From NCBI RefSeq assembly GCF_025490915.1, contig NZ_JANQBA010000004.1, positions 147,536-179,535 on the forward strand: 32,000 nt of DNA, written 5' to 3'. The notes beneath the pieces were generated by a model, which searched no databases, was not told the DNA's origin, and was given only the letters and a program-made list of their open reading frames with translations. Numbering within the stretch: position 1 is the stretch's first letter; each line of letters starts with the position of its first letter. This stretch comes from Lacticaseibacillus parakribbianus (GTDB lineage: Bacteria > Bacillota > Bacilli > Lactobacillales > Lactobacillaceae). This document shows positions 21,331-31,016 of this stretch, in pieces. A program made the translations under genes and the position numbers.

Positions 21331-22447
21331 TCACTTCGGGTTGGCGCCTGCGAGCTCCCACTGCAGGTAGGCGTAGATGAAGGGGTTGAGATCCCCGTCC
21401 ATCACGGCCTGCCCGTTGCCGGTTTCGTAGTTGGAGCGGTGGTCCTTGACCATCGTGTAGGGATGGAACACGTAGGAGCGAATCTGCGAGCCAAAGGCGA
21501 CCTCCATCTGGGTGCCCTTGATGGCCGCGGCCTCCTTGGCCTTGATCTCCTGTTCGCGCTGGTACAGCTTGGCCTTGAGCATCCCCATGGCCGTGTCCTT
21601 GTTTTGGAACTGGCTGCGCTGGGCCTGGCTGGAGACCACGATGCCGGTCGGAATGTGGATCAGCCGCACGGCACTGGAGGTCTTGTTGATGTGCTGGCCG
21701 CCGGCGCCGCTTGAGCGAAAGACCTCCATTTTGATGTCTTCGGGGCGAATCTCGATGTCGATGCTGTTATCAAGCTCCGGCATCACGTCGACGGAGGCGA
21801 AGCTGGTGTGACGCCGCCCGGCCGAGTCGAACGGCGAGATGCGGACCAGGCGGTGAACGCCTTTTTCGGAGCGCAGCATGCCATAGGCGTTGTCGCCCGA
21901 GATCAGAAGCGTCACCGACTTGATGCCGGCCTCGTCGCCGGCCAGGTAGTCGGCGACTTCCACCTGGTAGCCGTTTTGCTGGGCCCAGCGCTGGTACATG
22001 CGCAGAAGCATCGAGCCCCAGTCCTGCGACTCGGTGCCGCCAGCGCCGGGGTGAATTTCAAGAATTGCGTTGTTGGCGTCGTACGGGCCGCTGAGCAACA
22101 GCGTCAGCTCGTAGCGCGTCATCTTCTCCTGCAAGGCGGTGAGGTCGGATTCGACTTCGGCCTGCAAATCGGCGTCTTGCTCCTCTTGCAACAGCTCGAA
22201 GGCGACGTCCAGCTCGTCCAGCTGGTCTTGCAGCGCGATAAAGTTGTCGTGCTTGGTTTTGAGCACGTTGTTAGCGTCGATCACTTCTTGGGCGCGTTGG
22301 CGGTTGTCCCAAAAGCCGGGTTCGGCCATGCGGCCCTCGTTTTCGGCGATGCGTTCGTTCAGCGCATCGAGGTCAAAGCGACCCCCTAAACTGATTTATT
22401 TTGGTCCGTAACTGGGCCAGGGTGTTTCTCATTTCTGCGATTTCCAT
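21331..22447 (-). CDS. prfB: peptide chain release factor 2, requires programmed +1 frameshift
   Basis: Frame 0 is ATG 22447 [24 protein letters not shown], ending at TGA (22375..22373). The +1 frame continues [24 protein letters not shown]... through the 332-aa track ORF, with GGQ ([11 protein letters not shown]) and SPF motifs. Confidence 0.92.
22372..22387 (-). other. prfB +1 frameshift cassette
   Basis: The minus strand reads AGGGGG TCG CTT TGA C: an SD-like AGGGGG, a 3-nt spacer, then the CTT TGA C slippery/stop context. Apart from the spacer this is identical to the canonical E. coli cassette. Confidence 0.9.
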
Positions 22448-22504
22448 CGTGGTCATCCTTTCTTAGCTGAGACAAGAACAGCCAGGTCACCCTGGCTGCT
22501 TGGT

Positions 22505-24868
22505 TTAACGCCGAATGTTCTGGCGGATTTGGGCCTTCATGAACAGGCGGGTGACCCCGTCGTCCATGTTGGCGATCATTTCCTCAAACATGCGGTAGGC
22601 TTCTTCTTGGTACTCGACCAGTGGGTTCATCTGGCCATAGCCACGCAGGCCGACGCTTTGACGCAGCTGATCCAGCACGTCGATGTGGTCGGTCCACAGG
22701 GAGTCAACCACGCGCAAAATAACAACCTTCTCGAATTCAAGCATCTGGTCCTTGTCGCCCAGCTGCTTGAGCTTCTCGTCGTAGTTGGCTTCGGCCAGCC
22801 CCATCAGCAAGTCAATCAAGGCCTGCTGGGACTTGCCGTCGAGGTCCTTGCGGTCAAGGTCCTCTTCGCTCACCATGTTGGACGTGACGTAATCGTAAAT
22901 CGCGTCAAGCTCCCAAGACTTCTGCTCGCCTTGGGTGTGGGCCTGCACGATGCGCGACACGCAGCGGCTGATCATCGCCATCAAAACCGGGCGCAGGGTC
23001 TCGGTTTCGTTGATCACCTGCTGGCGCTGCTTGTAGATGACCTCGCGCTGTTCGCGCATGACGTCGTCGTACTGCAGCGTGTTCTTACGGGTGTCGTAGT
23101 TGTTCCCTTCGACGCGCTTTTGGGCGGATTCAACGGAGCGACTGATCATGCGGCTGCGGATCACCTGCTCGTCGTCTTCGACCTTGAAGCGATCGAGCAT
23201 CGCCTTGATGCGGTCGGAGCCGAAGCGCTTCATCAGGTCGTCTTCAAGCGACAGGTAGAACTGCGTCGAGCCCGGATCGCCTTGGCGCCCGGACCGGCCG
23301 CGCAGCTGGTTGTCGATACGGCGGCTTTCGTGCCGCTCGGTGCCGATCACGGCCAGGCCACCCACGGCGGTGACGCCGGGGCCGAGCTTGATGTCGGTGC
23401 CTCGCCCGGCCATGTTGGTCGCGATGGTGACGGCGCCGCGCTGGCCGGCGTTCATGACGATTTCGGCTTCACGGGCGTGGTTCTTCGCGTTCAAAACGCT
23501 GTGCGGAATGTTCGCCTCATCCAGCATCGCCGACAGCCGCTCGGAGGACTCGATGGCCACCGTGCCGACCAGAATCGGCTGGCCCTTGGCGTGGCGCTCC
23601 TTGATGTCTTCGGTCACGGCGTGGAACTTCGCGTCAAGGGTCGGGTACAAAATGTCCGGCGCGTCGACGCGGATCACCGGCTTGTTGGTCGGAATCGAAA
23701 TCACGTTCATGTTGTAGATTTCGCGGAACTCCTCTTCCTCCGTCTTGGCCGTCCCGGTCATCCCGGACAGCTTGTTGTACATGCGGAAGAAGTTCTGGTA
23801 GGTGATGGTCGCCATGGTGGCGTTCTCGTCTTGGATCTCGACGCCTTCCTTGGCCTCGATCGCCTGGTGCAGGCCATCGGAGAAGCGGCGGCCTTCCATC
23901 GCGCGGCCGGTGAACTGGTCGACAATCAGCACCTCGCCGTCGGACACCATGTAATCGATGTCCTTGAGCATGATGTAATTGGCCCGCAGCGCCTGATCCA
24001 TGTGGTGGGTCAAGGCCGTGTTCTCCGTGTCGTACAGGTTTTTCAGGCCGAAAATCTTTTCGGCCTTGCGGATGCCGTTTTCGGTCAGCGAAATGGTCTT
24101 GGTCGGCCAGTCGATCGTGTAGTCGTCCTCTTCCTTGAGGGTCTTCACGAAGCGGTCGGCGCGGATGTACAGGCCGTTGCTCTTCTCGGCACCGCCGGAG
24201 ATGATCAACGGCGTCCGGGCCTCATCGACCAGGATCGAATCCACTTCGTCGACGATGGCGAAGTTCAGCGGCCGCTGAACCATCTGCTGCTTGTAAACCA
24301 CCATGTTGTCGCGCAGGTAATCGAACCCAAGCTCGCTGTTGGTCGAGTAAGTGATGTCCGAGTCGTAGGCCGCCCGCTTCTCGTCGGAGCTCAGGTCGTG
24401 GGTGTTCAGCCCCACGGACAGACCCAGCCAGTTGTACAGCTCGCCCATTTCGGTCGCGTCACGGCCGCTCAGGTACTCGTTGACCGTGACCACGTGGACG
24501 CCTTGGCCGCCCAGCGCGTTGAGGTACACCGGCATCGTGGCGGTCAGGGTCTTCCCTTCACCGGTCTTCATCTCGGCGATGTTGCCTTCGTGCAGCGTGA
24601 TGCCGCCGATGATCTGCACCCGGAACGGGAACAGCCCCAAGACGCGCTTGGCGCCTTCACGCGCCACCGCGAACGCCTCGGGCAAAATATCGTCAAGCGT
24701 CTCCCCGTTGGCCAGTCGTTCCTTGAAGGCAGGCGTTTTCGCCTGGAGCTGCTCGTCGCTCAGCGCGGCGTACTCGTCTTCGTATTTTTGAACCTTATCC
24801 GCGATTTTACCAAGCCGCTTAACTTCGCGCTTGTCGCTTTCTACCCATGTCTTTAGTACGTTCGCCAT
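22505..24868 (-). CDS. secA: preprotein translocase ATPase SecA
   Basis: Start at ATG 24868 ([19 protein letters not shown]) with [19 protein letters not shown] Walker [18 protein letters not shown]. Confidence 0.95.
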   Translation of the reverse strand: MANVLKTWVESDKREVKRLGKIADKVQKYEDEYAALSDEQLQAKTPAFKERLANGETLDDILPEAFAVAREGAKRVLGLFPFRVQIIGGITLHEGNIAEMKTGEGKTLTATMPVYLNALGGQGVHVVTVNEYLSGRDATEMGELYNWLGLSVGLNTHDLSSDEKRAAYDSDITYSTNSELGFDYLRDNMVVYKQQMVQRPLNFAIVDEVDSILVDEARTPLIISGGAEKSNGLYIRADRFVKTLKEEDDYTIDWPTKTISLTENGIRKAEKIFGLKNLYDTENTALTHHMDQALRANYIMLKDIDYMVSDGEVLIVDQFTGRAMEGRRFSDGLHQAIEAKEGVEIQDENATMATITYQNFFRMYNKLSGMTGTAKTEEEEFREIYNMNVISIPTNKPVIRVDAPDILYPTLDAKFHAVTEDIKERHAKGQPILVGTVAIESSERLSAMLDEANIPHSVLNAKNHAREAEIVMNAGQRGAVTIATNMAGRGTDIKLGPGVTAVGGLAVIGTERHESRRIDNQLRGRSGRQGDPGSTQFYLSLEDDLMKRFGSDRIKAMLDRFKVEDDEQVIRSRMISRSVESAQKRVEGNNYDTRKNTLQYDDVMREQREVIYKQRQQVINETETLRPVLMAMISRCVSRIVQAHTQGEQKSWELDAIYDYVTSNMVSEEDLDRKDLDGKSQQALIDLLMGLAEANYDEKLKQLGDKDQMLEFEKVVILRVVDSLWTDHIDVLDQLRQSVGLRGYGQMNPLVEYQEEAYRMFEEMIANMDDGVTRLFMKAQIRQNIRR

Positions 24869-24925
24869 GTAAAATATCCTCTCTGTCATGTTGATATGCG
24901 CATAATACCTGACAGTATCCTAGTT

Positions 24926-24934
24926 ATTTTAGCA
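24926..24934 (-). promoter_or_regulatory. extended -10 promoter (TGCTAAAAT) upstream of secA
   Basis: Minus strand TGC-TAAAAT lies about 58 nt upstream of the secA ATG. Confidence 0.4.
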
Positions 24935-25004
24935 TTGTTCATAATTCAATGAAAGGCCCGAACCCCAAAACTGCGCCAGGTCAAGGCCAAGTCACTGGTG
25001 AATT

Positions 25005-25029
25005 AAAAAAGCAGGCCGCGTTGGCCTGC
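25005..25029 (-). terminator. intrinsic terminator after hpf
   Basis: Minus strand: GCAGGCC-AACGC-GGCCTGC followed by TTTTTT. Confidence 0.85.
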
Positions 25030-25039
25030 CGTCGTGCTG

Positions 25040-25585
25040 TTATTCGTCGGTTTCGATCAGACCGTAGCGGCCATCGCGGCGCTTGTACACGATGCTGGTG
25101 CCGTTGGTGTCTGCGTCCTCGAAGATGAAGAAGTTATGCCCGAGCATGTCCATCTGCAAAATGGCCTCTTGCGAGTCCATCGGCTTCAAGGACACGCGCT
25201 TGGTCCGAACCACCTGCAAGCTGTCGTCGTCGGTCGGAGCGGCGTCTGGGGTGTCAACCTGGATCGGGGCGAAGCCCTTTTCGCGGGACTTGCGGTTAAT
25301 CTTGGTCTTGTACTTGCGAACCTGCCGCTCCAGCTTGTCGGTCACCAAGTCGACGCTTGCGTAAAGGTCCGGGCTGGTTTCCTCAGCCCGCAGCGTCAGG
25401 TAGGCCAAAGGGATCGTGACCTCGACCTTCGCCGTCTTGTCCGGGTACACTTTCAAGTTAACGTGCGCAATCGCCTCGACTGAGCTTTCGAAGAACTTGT
25501 TCAGCTTGCTGATGCGCTTTTCAACGTAATTCCGAATGGCATCGGTGACCTCGATGTTTTCGCCACGAACGTTGTATGTTAGCAT
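25040..25585 (-). CDS. hpf: ribosome hibernation promoting factor, long form (YvyD/HPF)
   Basis: 181 aa. N-terminal MLTYNVRGENIEVTDAIRNYVEKRISKL and C-terminal dimerisation domain VVRTKRVSLKPMDSQEAILQMDMLGHNFFIF. Confidence 0.92.
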   Translation of the reverse strand: MLTYNVRGENIEVTDAIRNYVEKRISKLNKFFESSVEAIAHVNLKVYPDKTAKVEVTIPLAYLTLRAEETSPDLYASVDLVTDKLERQVRKYKTKINRKSREKGFAPIQVDTPDAAPTDDDSLQVVRTKRVSLKPMDSQEAILQMDMLGHNFFIFEDADTNGTSIVYKRRDGRYGLIETDE

Positions 25586-25666
25586 AAAACTTCTCCCCTT
25601 TCATCCGCCTGAGGTAGAATCAGGCGCGGGTGGCCGGGCGTTAAAGCCCTTTCACCCTTCTTCTCT

Positions 25667-25695
25667 ATTATAGCGAACTCGCGCTTCAGAAACAA
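25667..25695 (-). promoter_or_regulatory. sigma-A-type promoter for hpf
   Basis: Minus strand: TTGTTT (25695..25690), 17 nt of spacer, TATAAT (25672..25667). This leaves an approximately 80-nt leader. Confidence 0.55.
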
Positions 25696-25706
25696 ACCAT
25701 ATTCTG

Positions 25707-26369
25707 TTAACGAATCAGGGAGAAACTGTGAATCTCCCCGCGGTACCCCGCCGCAAGCAGCGCCTGCTGGGCGTGGTACAGGGTGCGGCCGGTGGTGTAC
25801 AAGTCGTCTAGCAACAACACCCGCGGCGCCGGGTGAGCCGGCAGCGTCGCCGTGAAGGACTGCGGCGTCGCCAGGCGTTCTCGGCGCGTTTTCTCCGCCT
25901 GGGGTCGGGCCGTGTCGGCCTTGGTCAGCCACTCGCTCAGGGGCAGGTGGCCGAACAGCCCGACGACCGGATCAAAGCCGCGCTTGGCCAGGTGCTTGGG
26001 CTCACTGACCAACGGCACCAAGGCGACGCCGCGGCGCGCGAGGTCAAGGCAGTCTTCAAAGGCGTCGTGCAGCTGGTAGTGGCCCTGCCCCTTGTACTGC
26101 TGAATGAACAGCCGCATGTCCTCACCGTAAGTAAACAAGGCGCGGTGGTGCAAGGAAGGGTAGCCGGCCGCCGCCCAGCGCTGACAATCCGCACACAGCG
26201 TCGGCGAGTTCGCCCGGCCGCAGCCCGGACACGCGGTCGCCGACTTGATGCGCGTGAACCGCGCCTGGCAGCGGGGACACAGCCGCGCCAGGCGCAGCGG
26301 CCTGAGGCTGACCAGCGCCGCCAGCGGGAAGTCTTGGGTCAGCGGTCGGTGGCACCACCGGCAGGTCAT
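25707..26369 (-). CDS. comFC: competence protein ComFC (phosphoribosyltransferase-like)
   Basis: Start at ATG 26369 (MTCRWCHRPL), overlapping the comFA stop (ATGA). Cys4 zinc-ribbon-like N-terminus and the PRTase motif VLLLDDLYTTGRTL. Confidence 0.8.
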   Translation of the reverse strand: MTCRWCHRPLTQDFPLAALVSLRPLRLARLCPRCQARFTRIKSATACPGCGRANSPTLCADCQRWAAAGYPSLHHRALFTYGEDMRLFIQQYKGQGHYQLHDAFEDCLDLARRGVALVPLVSEPKHLAKRGFDPVVGLFGHLPLSEWLTKADTARPQAEKTRRERLATPQSFTATLPAHPAPRVLLLDDLYTTGRTLYHAQQALLAAGYRGEIHSFSLIR

Positions 26370-27627
26370 CGCTGGCCCCGCCGGTTCATGGTCCGAATCT
26401 CGTGCAGCGCCTTGGCGATTGCCCAGGTGAAATGCCCGGCGAGGTACCACACCGGGTCGTCCGGGCTGGCCTTGGCCCGACCGGCGCGACCCGCCATCTG
26501 CACCAAGGCGCTGGCGGGAAACTGGGCGCGTTCCGCCGCCAGCACAATCACGCCGCAGCGCGGTATCGTGACGCCGCGCTCCAGGATGCTGGTGGTGACG
26601 AGCACCGCCACGCGTCCGGCGCGAAAGGCCGCCACGGTGGCCAAGCGGTCGGTAGCGCTGGCGTGGACCCCGGCCGCCTGGATGCCCTGGCCCACCAGTG
26701 CCTCGGTCAGCGGCGCGACCCAGCGCGTGTCGGGCACGAACACCAGCGCCTGGCGCTTGGCCTCAAGGCACCGGTGCAAGCAACGCCACAGCGCCTGGGG
26801 AATCACCGCCGGCAGCCCCGCCGTCTTCACCAACAGCACCGCAGGCTCGGGCAAAGGCGCCTGGTGGAAGCGGCGCGGCAGGTAGCTCAGGCCGTGACCC
26901 CGCGGCGAGCCAGCCGCCGCGTCGCAACCGGCGGTGTCGCGCTCAACAGCACGGTCGGCCCGACCACCGCCTGGGCACAGGCGTAGGCCAGCATCGGCGT
27001 CTGCGCAAACGGGAAGGCGTCGATTTCGTCGATGATCATCAGCCCGAAGTGGTGGTAAAACCGCAGCATCTGGTGCGACGTCGCCACCACCAAGGCGGCA
27101 TCCGGCTGCGGCCAAGCCACGCCGCCGTGCCACACCGCGATGGGCGTCGTGGCAAAGGCCGCGGCCAGCCGCGGGGCCAGCTCCAACACGACATCGACGC
27201 GTGGTGACACCACCGCCACCCGCTGGCCGGCCGCAAGCGCCGCTGCGATGACGGGGAACAGCATCTCGGTCTTCCCCGCCCCGGTCACCGCCCACAGCAA
27301 GTGGTCGCGCCCGGCCGCCACCGAGGCCACCACCGCCTGGGCCGCCGTCTTTTGCGCCGCGGTCAGCTCGCCGCGCCAGGTCAGTGGCCCCGCCGCCGGC
27401 ACCGGGCCAAGCCGTGCTCGCACCAGCCTGCTCGCGGTGGTCACCCGCCCCATGCCGACGCAGGCCAGGCAGTACCGCTGGCCGCCGGGCAGGGCCGCAA
27501 AATCGCTTTGGCCGCACCGAACGCAGACCGGATGGCCGCGCCGGTTTTCCACCGCGGCAAGCACGGTGGTCTGTGCTACACTGAGACTAGCCAGGCGGCC
27601 TACTTCCGCCTCCAACACTTGCAGCAT
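26366..27627 (-). pseudogene. comFA: comFA (DEAD-box-like competence helicase) interrupted by a frameshift
   Basis: The N-terminal part in ORF 26887..27627 has the CxxC zinc finger, GAGKTE, IIDEID and SAT, and ends ...ATRRLARRGVTA*. The C-terminal helicase domain continues in another frame of ORF 26366..27517, from ...GHGLSYLPRRFHQAPLPEP. The frames can be joined by adding one G at the G4 run 26898..26901. Confidence 0.8.
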
Positions 27628-27655
27628 TTTGCATCACCTCACAAGGAGATTACGC

Positions 27656-28294
27656 ATGTCAGCCGATTACCGCACCATCGCCGGACCGGGCGAGAACACT
27701 TTAATTATCAAAAAATCGCGCTTCATCACCCGCCTGGGCCGCGTCACCACCGAGGCCCAGGCCCAGGCCTTCATCGCCGCGGTGCAAAAGCGCGAGTACA
27801 AGGCCAACCACAACGTGCCGGTCTACCTGCTGGGCGACCAAGACCAGATTCAACGGGCCCAAGACGCCGGCGAACCCGCCGGCACGGCCGGGGTGCCGGG
27901 GCTTGAGGTGCTCAAGGCGATGGGGCTGCACGACGTGGTGGCGGTGACCACCCGCTACTTCGGCGGCATCAAGCTCGGTGCCGGCGGCCTGATTCGCGCC
28001 TACGCCAACAGCGTCCAAGACGCGGTCCACGCCGTCGGCATCGTGCGACGCGTCGCCATGCGCGAGCTCACCTTACCCCTGCCCTACCACCTGCTGGGGC
28101 CGGTGCAACGCTGGGCCGAAGCCACCGGTGTGACCATCACGGACACCGACTACCAGGCGCAGGTCACCCTGACGCTGGTGGTGGAAGAGGCCGCGGTGCC
28201 GGCGACCATCGCCGCCTTGCGCGACCTAACGCTGGGCCAGGCGTTGCCGGTGATCGGCGAGCCGGTCGCCCGGGAGGTGCCGGTGGCAGATTGA
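27656..28294 (+). CDS. YigZ/IMPACT-family protein (UPF0029)
   Basis: Start at ATG 27656 with AAGGAG RBS. MSADYRTIAGPGENTLIIKKSRFITRL...HNVPVYLLG...DDGEP-like DAGEPAGTAG...TRYFGGIKLGAGGLIRAY. The upstream part of the 384-aa track ORF is an artefact. Confidence 0.85.
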   Translation: MSADYRTIAGPGENTLIIKKSRFITRLGRVTTEAQAQAFIAAVQKREYKANHNVPVYLLGDQDQIQRAQDAGEPAGTAGVPGLEVLKAMGLHDVVAVTTRYFGGIKLGAGGLIRAYANSVQDAVHAVGIVRRVAMRELTLPLPYHLLGPVQRWAEATGVTITDTDYQAQVTLTLVVEEAAVPATIAALRDLTLGQALPVIGEPVAREVPVAD

Positions 28295-28330
28295 CCCACA
28301 ACCCACTCGGCCACACTCACCAGACGCAAG

Positions 28331-28366
28331 GAGACCCACCCGCAGGCTTGCGGGTGGGTCTCTTTG
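28331..28366. terminator. bidirectional hairpin terminator between convergent yigZ-family gene and recA
   Basis: A perfect 13-bp stem GAGACCCACCCGC / GCGGGTGGGTCTC with a 6-nt loop. The tail is TTTGG on the plus strand and CTTGCG on the minus strand. Confidence 0.75.
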
Positions 28367-28372
28367 GTCTGG

Positions 28373-29509
28373 CTACTTGATGCCCTTGTTGGTCTTTGAA
28401 TCCTTGTCGGCTGGCGCGTCGTCCTTGGCCGTGGCCTGGAAAATGTCGGGCTCCTCGGGCTTCTTGCCGGCCTTCTTGGCGACCTCCTCGAGGCCCTCTT
28501 CGGCCTCTTCGTTGGCCTCGTCCATGTCGTAGGCCAGACGCACCTTCTGGCGAATCTCCGCCTTCATGTCCGGGTGCTCGTCTAGGTAGGTTTTGGCGTT
28601 CTCGCGGCCCTGGCCGATGCGCTCGTCGCCGTAGCCGTACCAAGAGCCGGACTTGTCGACGATGTCTTTTTCGACCGCCATGTCGATGATCTCACCGGTC
28701 TGGGAAATCCCGTGACCGTACATGATGTCGACTTCGGCCACCTTGAACGGCGGGGCCACCTTGTTCTTGACGACCTTGATCTTAGTGCGGTTGCCGATGA
28801 CGTTGGTGCCGTCCTTGATCTGCTCGGCACGCCGCACCTCCAGGCGAACCGTCGCGTAGAACTTCAGGGCGCGACCGCCCGGGGTGGTTTCGGGGTTACC
28901 GAACATGATGCCGACCTTCTCGCGAATCTGGTTGATGAACAAGGCGATGGTCTTGGTCTTGTTGATCGAGCCGGAGAGCTTGCGCAGCGCCTGACTCATC
29001 AGCCGCGCCTGCAGGCCGACGTGAGCATCGCCCATTTCGCCTTCGATTTCGGCGCGTGGCACCAGGGCCGCCACGGAGTCGACGACGACGATGTCGACGG
29101 CCCCGGAGGTCACCAGGGCGTCGGCGATTTCAAGCCCCTGCTCGCCGGTGTCCGGCTGCGACAGCAGCAGCTCGTCGATGTTGACGCCAAGGGCCGAGGC
29201 GTACTTGGGGTCCATCGCGTTTTCGGCATCGATGTAGGCCGCGGTGCCGCCGGCCTTTTGGACCTCGGCCACGGCGTGCAGCGCAATCGTCGTCTTCCCT
29301 GAGCTTTCGGGACCGTAAATCTCGACGATGCGGCCCCGCGGGAAGCCGCCGACGCCCAGCGCGTTGTCCAGCGCCAAAGAACCGCTTGAGATCGTGGAGA
29401 TGCGGGTGTCGACCTTGTCGCCCATCCGCATGATGGAGCCCTTACCGAAGTTCTTTTCGATCTTCTTCAACGCAGCGTCAAGCGCTGCCTGTCGTTCATC
29501 TTTAGCCAA
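28373..29509 (-). CDS. recA: recombinase RecA
   Basis: 378 aa with TTG start and [17 protein letters not shown] Walker [39 protein letters not shown]. It carries a long charged C-terminal tail. Confidence 0.97.
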   Translation of the reverse strand: MAKDERQAALDAALKKIEKNFGKGSIMRMGDKVDTRISTISSGSLALDNALGVGGFPRGRIVEIYGPESSGKTTIALHAVAEVQKAGGTAAYIDAENAMDPKYASALGVNIDELLLSQPDTGEQGLEIADALVTSGAVDIVVVDSVAALVPRAEIEGEMGDAHVGLQARLMSQALRKLSGSINKTKTIALFINQIREKVGIMFGNPETTPGGRALKFYATVRLEVRRAEQIKDGTNVIGNRTKIKVVKNKVAPPFKVAEVDIMYGHGISQTGEIIDMAVEKDIVDKSGSWYGYGDERIGQGRENAKTYLDEHPDMKAEIRQKVRLAYDMDEANEEAEEGLEEVAKKAGKKPEEPDIFQATAKDDAPADKDSKTNKGIK

Positions 29510-29542
29510 AGAGAACCCTCCAATCAGGTTTTGTCTTCCCTT

Positions 29543-29571
29543 ATTCTACAAGAGCGTTCGGGGAAGTGCAA
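29543..29571 (-). promoter_or_regulatory. recA-proximal sigma-A promoter
   Basis: Minus strand: TTGCAC (29571..29566), 17 nt of spacer, TAGAAT (29548..29543), within the 86-bp cinA-recA spacer. Confidence 0.55.
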
Positions 29572-29579
29572 GGAAAAAT

Positions 29580-29593
29580 CGAACGGGTGTTCT
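29580..29593 (-). promoter_or_regulatory. LexA/DinR SOS box (Cheo box)
   Basis: The minus strand reads AGAACACCCGTTCG, satisfying GAAC-N4-GTTC of the Gram-positive consensus CGAACnnnnGTTCG. It lies 8 nt upstream of the -35. Confidence 0.6.
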
Positions 29594-29595
29594 GA

Positions 29596-30843
29596 TTATT
29601 TTGCGGCCGCTCGCAGCGCCTGCAGCGCGGTGAACAAGCCGGTTTTGACCGCCCGGGCACGAACCAGCTGGCGGTTACCCGGGAAGTGGTACAGCGTCGC
29701 CGTCACGCCGTCAGCCGTCGCCAGCCCGATCCACACGGTGCCAGCGGCCACCCCCTCGTTGGGCCCGGGGCCGGCCACGCCGGTGAAGCTCAGGGCCAAG
29801 TCGGCCGCCGCCTTCTCCCGCGCCGCCTGGGCCATCGCCTTGGCCGTCGCCTCACTGACCGCGCCATCCGCGTCAATCGTCGCCTCGTCGAGCCCGAGCA
29901 GCGTCGCCTTGGTGTGGTTCGAGTAGGTGACAAAGCCGCCCTTGAACCACGCAGACACCCCGGCGACCCCGGCCAGCGTGGCCTGAAAGGCGCCGGCGGT
30001 CAAAGACTCCGCGGCGGTGATGGTGCAATGCGACGCGGCCAGCGCCTTGACCAGCTCGGCCTCCAGGCTGTTGGCGTCGCCGTAGCCGTAAAAGTACTGG
30101 CCGACCCGCCCCAGCACCGTCCGTTCCATCGGGTCAATCAGCGCTTGCGCGGCCGCCGGCGTCTGCGCCTTGGCGGTGATGCGCAGCGTGACCTCGGTGT
30201 CTTTGATGTAGGTGGCCAAAGTCGGGTTGGTCTGCGCGTCGATCAGGTCGGCCAACTCGGTGGCCAAAAGCGACTCGCCGATGCCAAAGAAGCGCAGCAC
30301 CCGGCTTTCAAGCACCGCATCCCCGTGGACCAGCCGGCTCAGGTAAGGCACCAGCTGGCCTGACACCATCGGCGCAAACTCCTTGGGCGGCCCGGGCAAC
30401 AGCACGTAGCGGCGGTTGCCGACCGTGCTGACGGCGCCGACCGCCAAGCCGACCGCGTTGGGCAAAGGCGTGGCCCCGGCCGGCAGCATCGCCTGCACCC
30501 GGTTGTTCGGGGTCATCACCTTGTGCCACTGCTGGGCGTAGGCGTCGAGCACCGCCAGGCTCGGCTGGTCCACCACCAGGTCAACCCCCAAGTGAGCGGC
30601 CAGCGTCTGCTTGGACAGGTCGTCTTTGGTCGGGCCGAGGCCGCCGATCAAGATGATCAGATCCGCGCGGCTTTCGGCCAGCGTGATCGCGGCGTCCAGC
30701 CGCGGTCCGTTGTCGCCGACCACCTGCTGGTTCAGGCTGTCGATGCCCAGCGCCGCGAGCTCTGCCGCCACCACCGACGCGTTGCTGTTGACGATCTGCC
30801 CCAGCAGGATTTCGGTTCCCACTGCAATGATTTCTGCTTGCAT
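29596..30843 (-). CDS. cinA: competence/damage-inducible protein CinA (MoCF-binding plus PncC-type NMN deamidase domains)
   Basis: 415 aa. MQAEIIAVGTEILLGQIVNSNA N-terminus and C-terminal TAAESLTAGAFQATL...GFVTYSN motif. RBS GAGGTGG. Confidence 0.9.
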   Translation of the reverse strand: MQAEIIAVGTEILLGQIVNSNASVVAAELAALGIDSLNQQVVGDNGPRLDAAITLAESRADLIILIGGLGPTKDDLSKQTLAAHLGVDLVVDQPSLAVLDAYAQQWHKVMTPNNRVQAMLPAGATPLPNAVGLAVGAVSTVGNRRYVLLPGPPKEFAPMVSGQLVPYLSRLVHGDAVLESRVLRFFGIGESLLATELADLIDAQTNPTLATYIKDTEVTLRITAKAQTPAAAQALIDPMERTVLGRVGQYFYGYGDANSLEAELVKALAASHCTITAAESLTAGAFQATLAGVAGVSAWFKGGFVTYSNHTKATLLGLDEATIDADGAVSEATAKAMAQAAREKAAADLALSFTGVAGPGPNEGVAAGTVWIGLATADGVTATLYHFPGNRQLVRARAVKTGLFTALQALRAAAK

Positions 30844-31016
30844 TTTGCCACCTCTATTAGATTATGCGTTCCGCCTCAGTTTACCACGCCGGCCGGCAAA
30901 AAGATTGGGTAGGCGCCGCCCCGCCCGACCCTGGCCTCCCGCGACCGAAACGCATATCCCAAAAGATAACAGCCCCCCGCCAAAATACTGGCGGCCAAAA
31001 CCAGGAGGTACACACA

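Noticed and set aside
22529-24856. Very long antisense ORFs (775 aa opposite secA; also 9143..10729, 8968..9933, 15437..16837, 1940..2983, 2996..4132, 12552..13637, 17739..18764)
   Set aside because: These are typical high-GC artefacts. They lie antisense to genes with unmistakable conserved motifs, their translations are Arg/Gly/His/Val-rich and low complexity, and they lack RBS.
18849-24934. Recurrent CATGCTA(T/A)A(C/A)T motif upstream of the PDZ-protein gene, ftsE and secA as a shared regulon box
   Set aside because: It is most simply explained as ordinary extended -10 (TGn-TAnAnT) sigma-A promoters. Three short occurrences are insufficient to claim a specific regulator site.
26887-27517. 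N-terminal ~200 aa of the 383-aa ORF 26366..27517 as a real alternative protein
   Set aside because: This part is out of frame over the genuine comFA N-terminal half (which carries Walker A and DEID) and translates to Arg/Gly/Ala-rich nonsense. Only the portion downstream of about 26897 is genuine ComFA sequence.
30863-30956. Inverted repeat TATGCGTT ... AACGCATA flanking about 80 bp in the cinA/GNAT divergent spacer, as MITE ends or an operator
   Set aside because: There are only 8 perfect bp, no target-site duplication, and no second copy in the window. This is compatible with chance.
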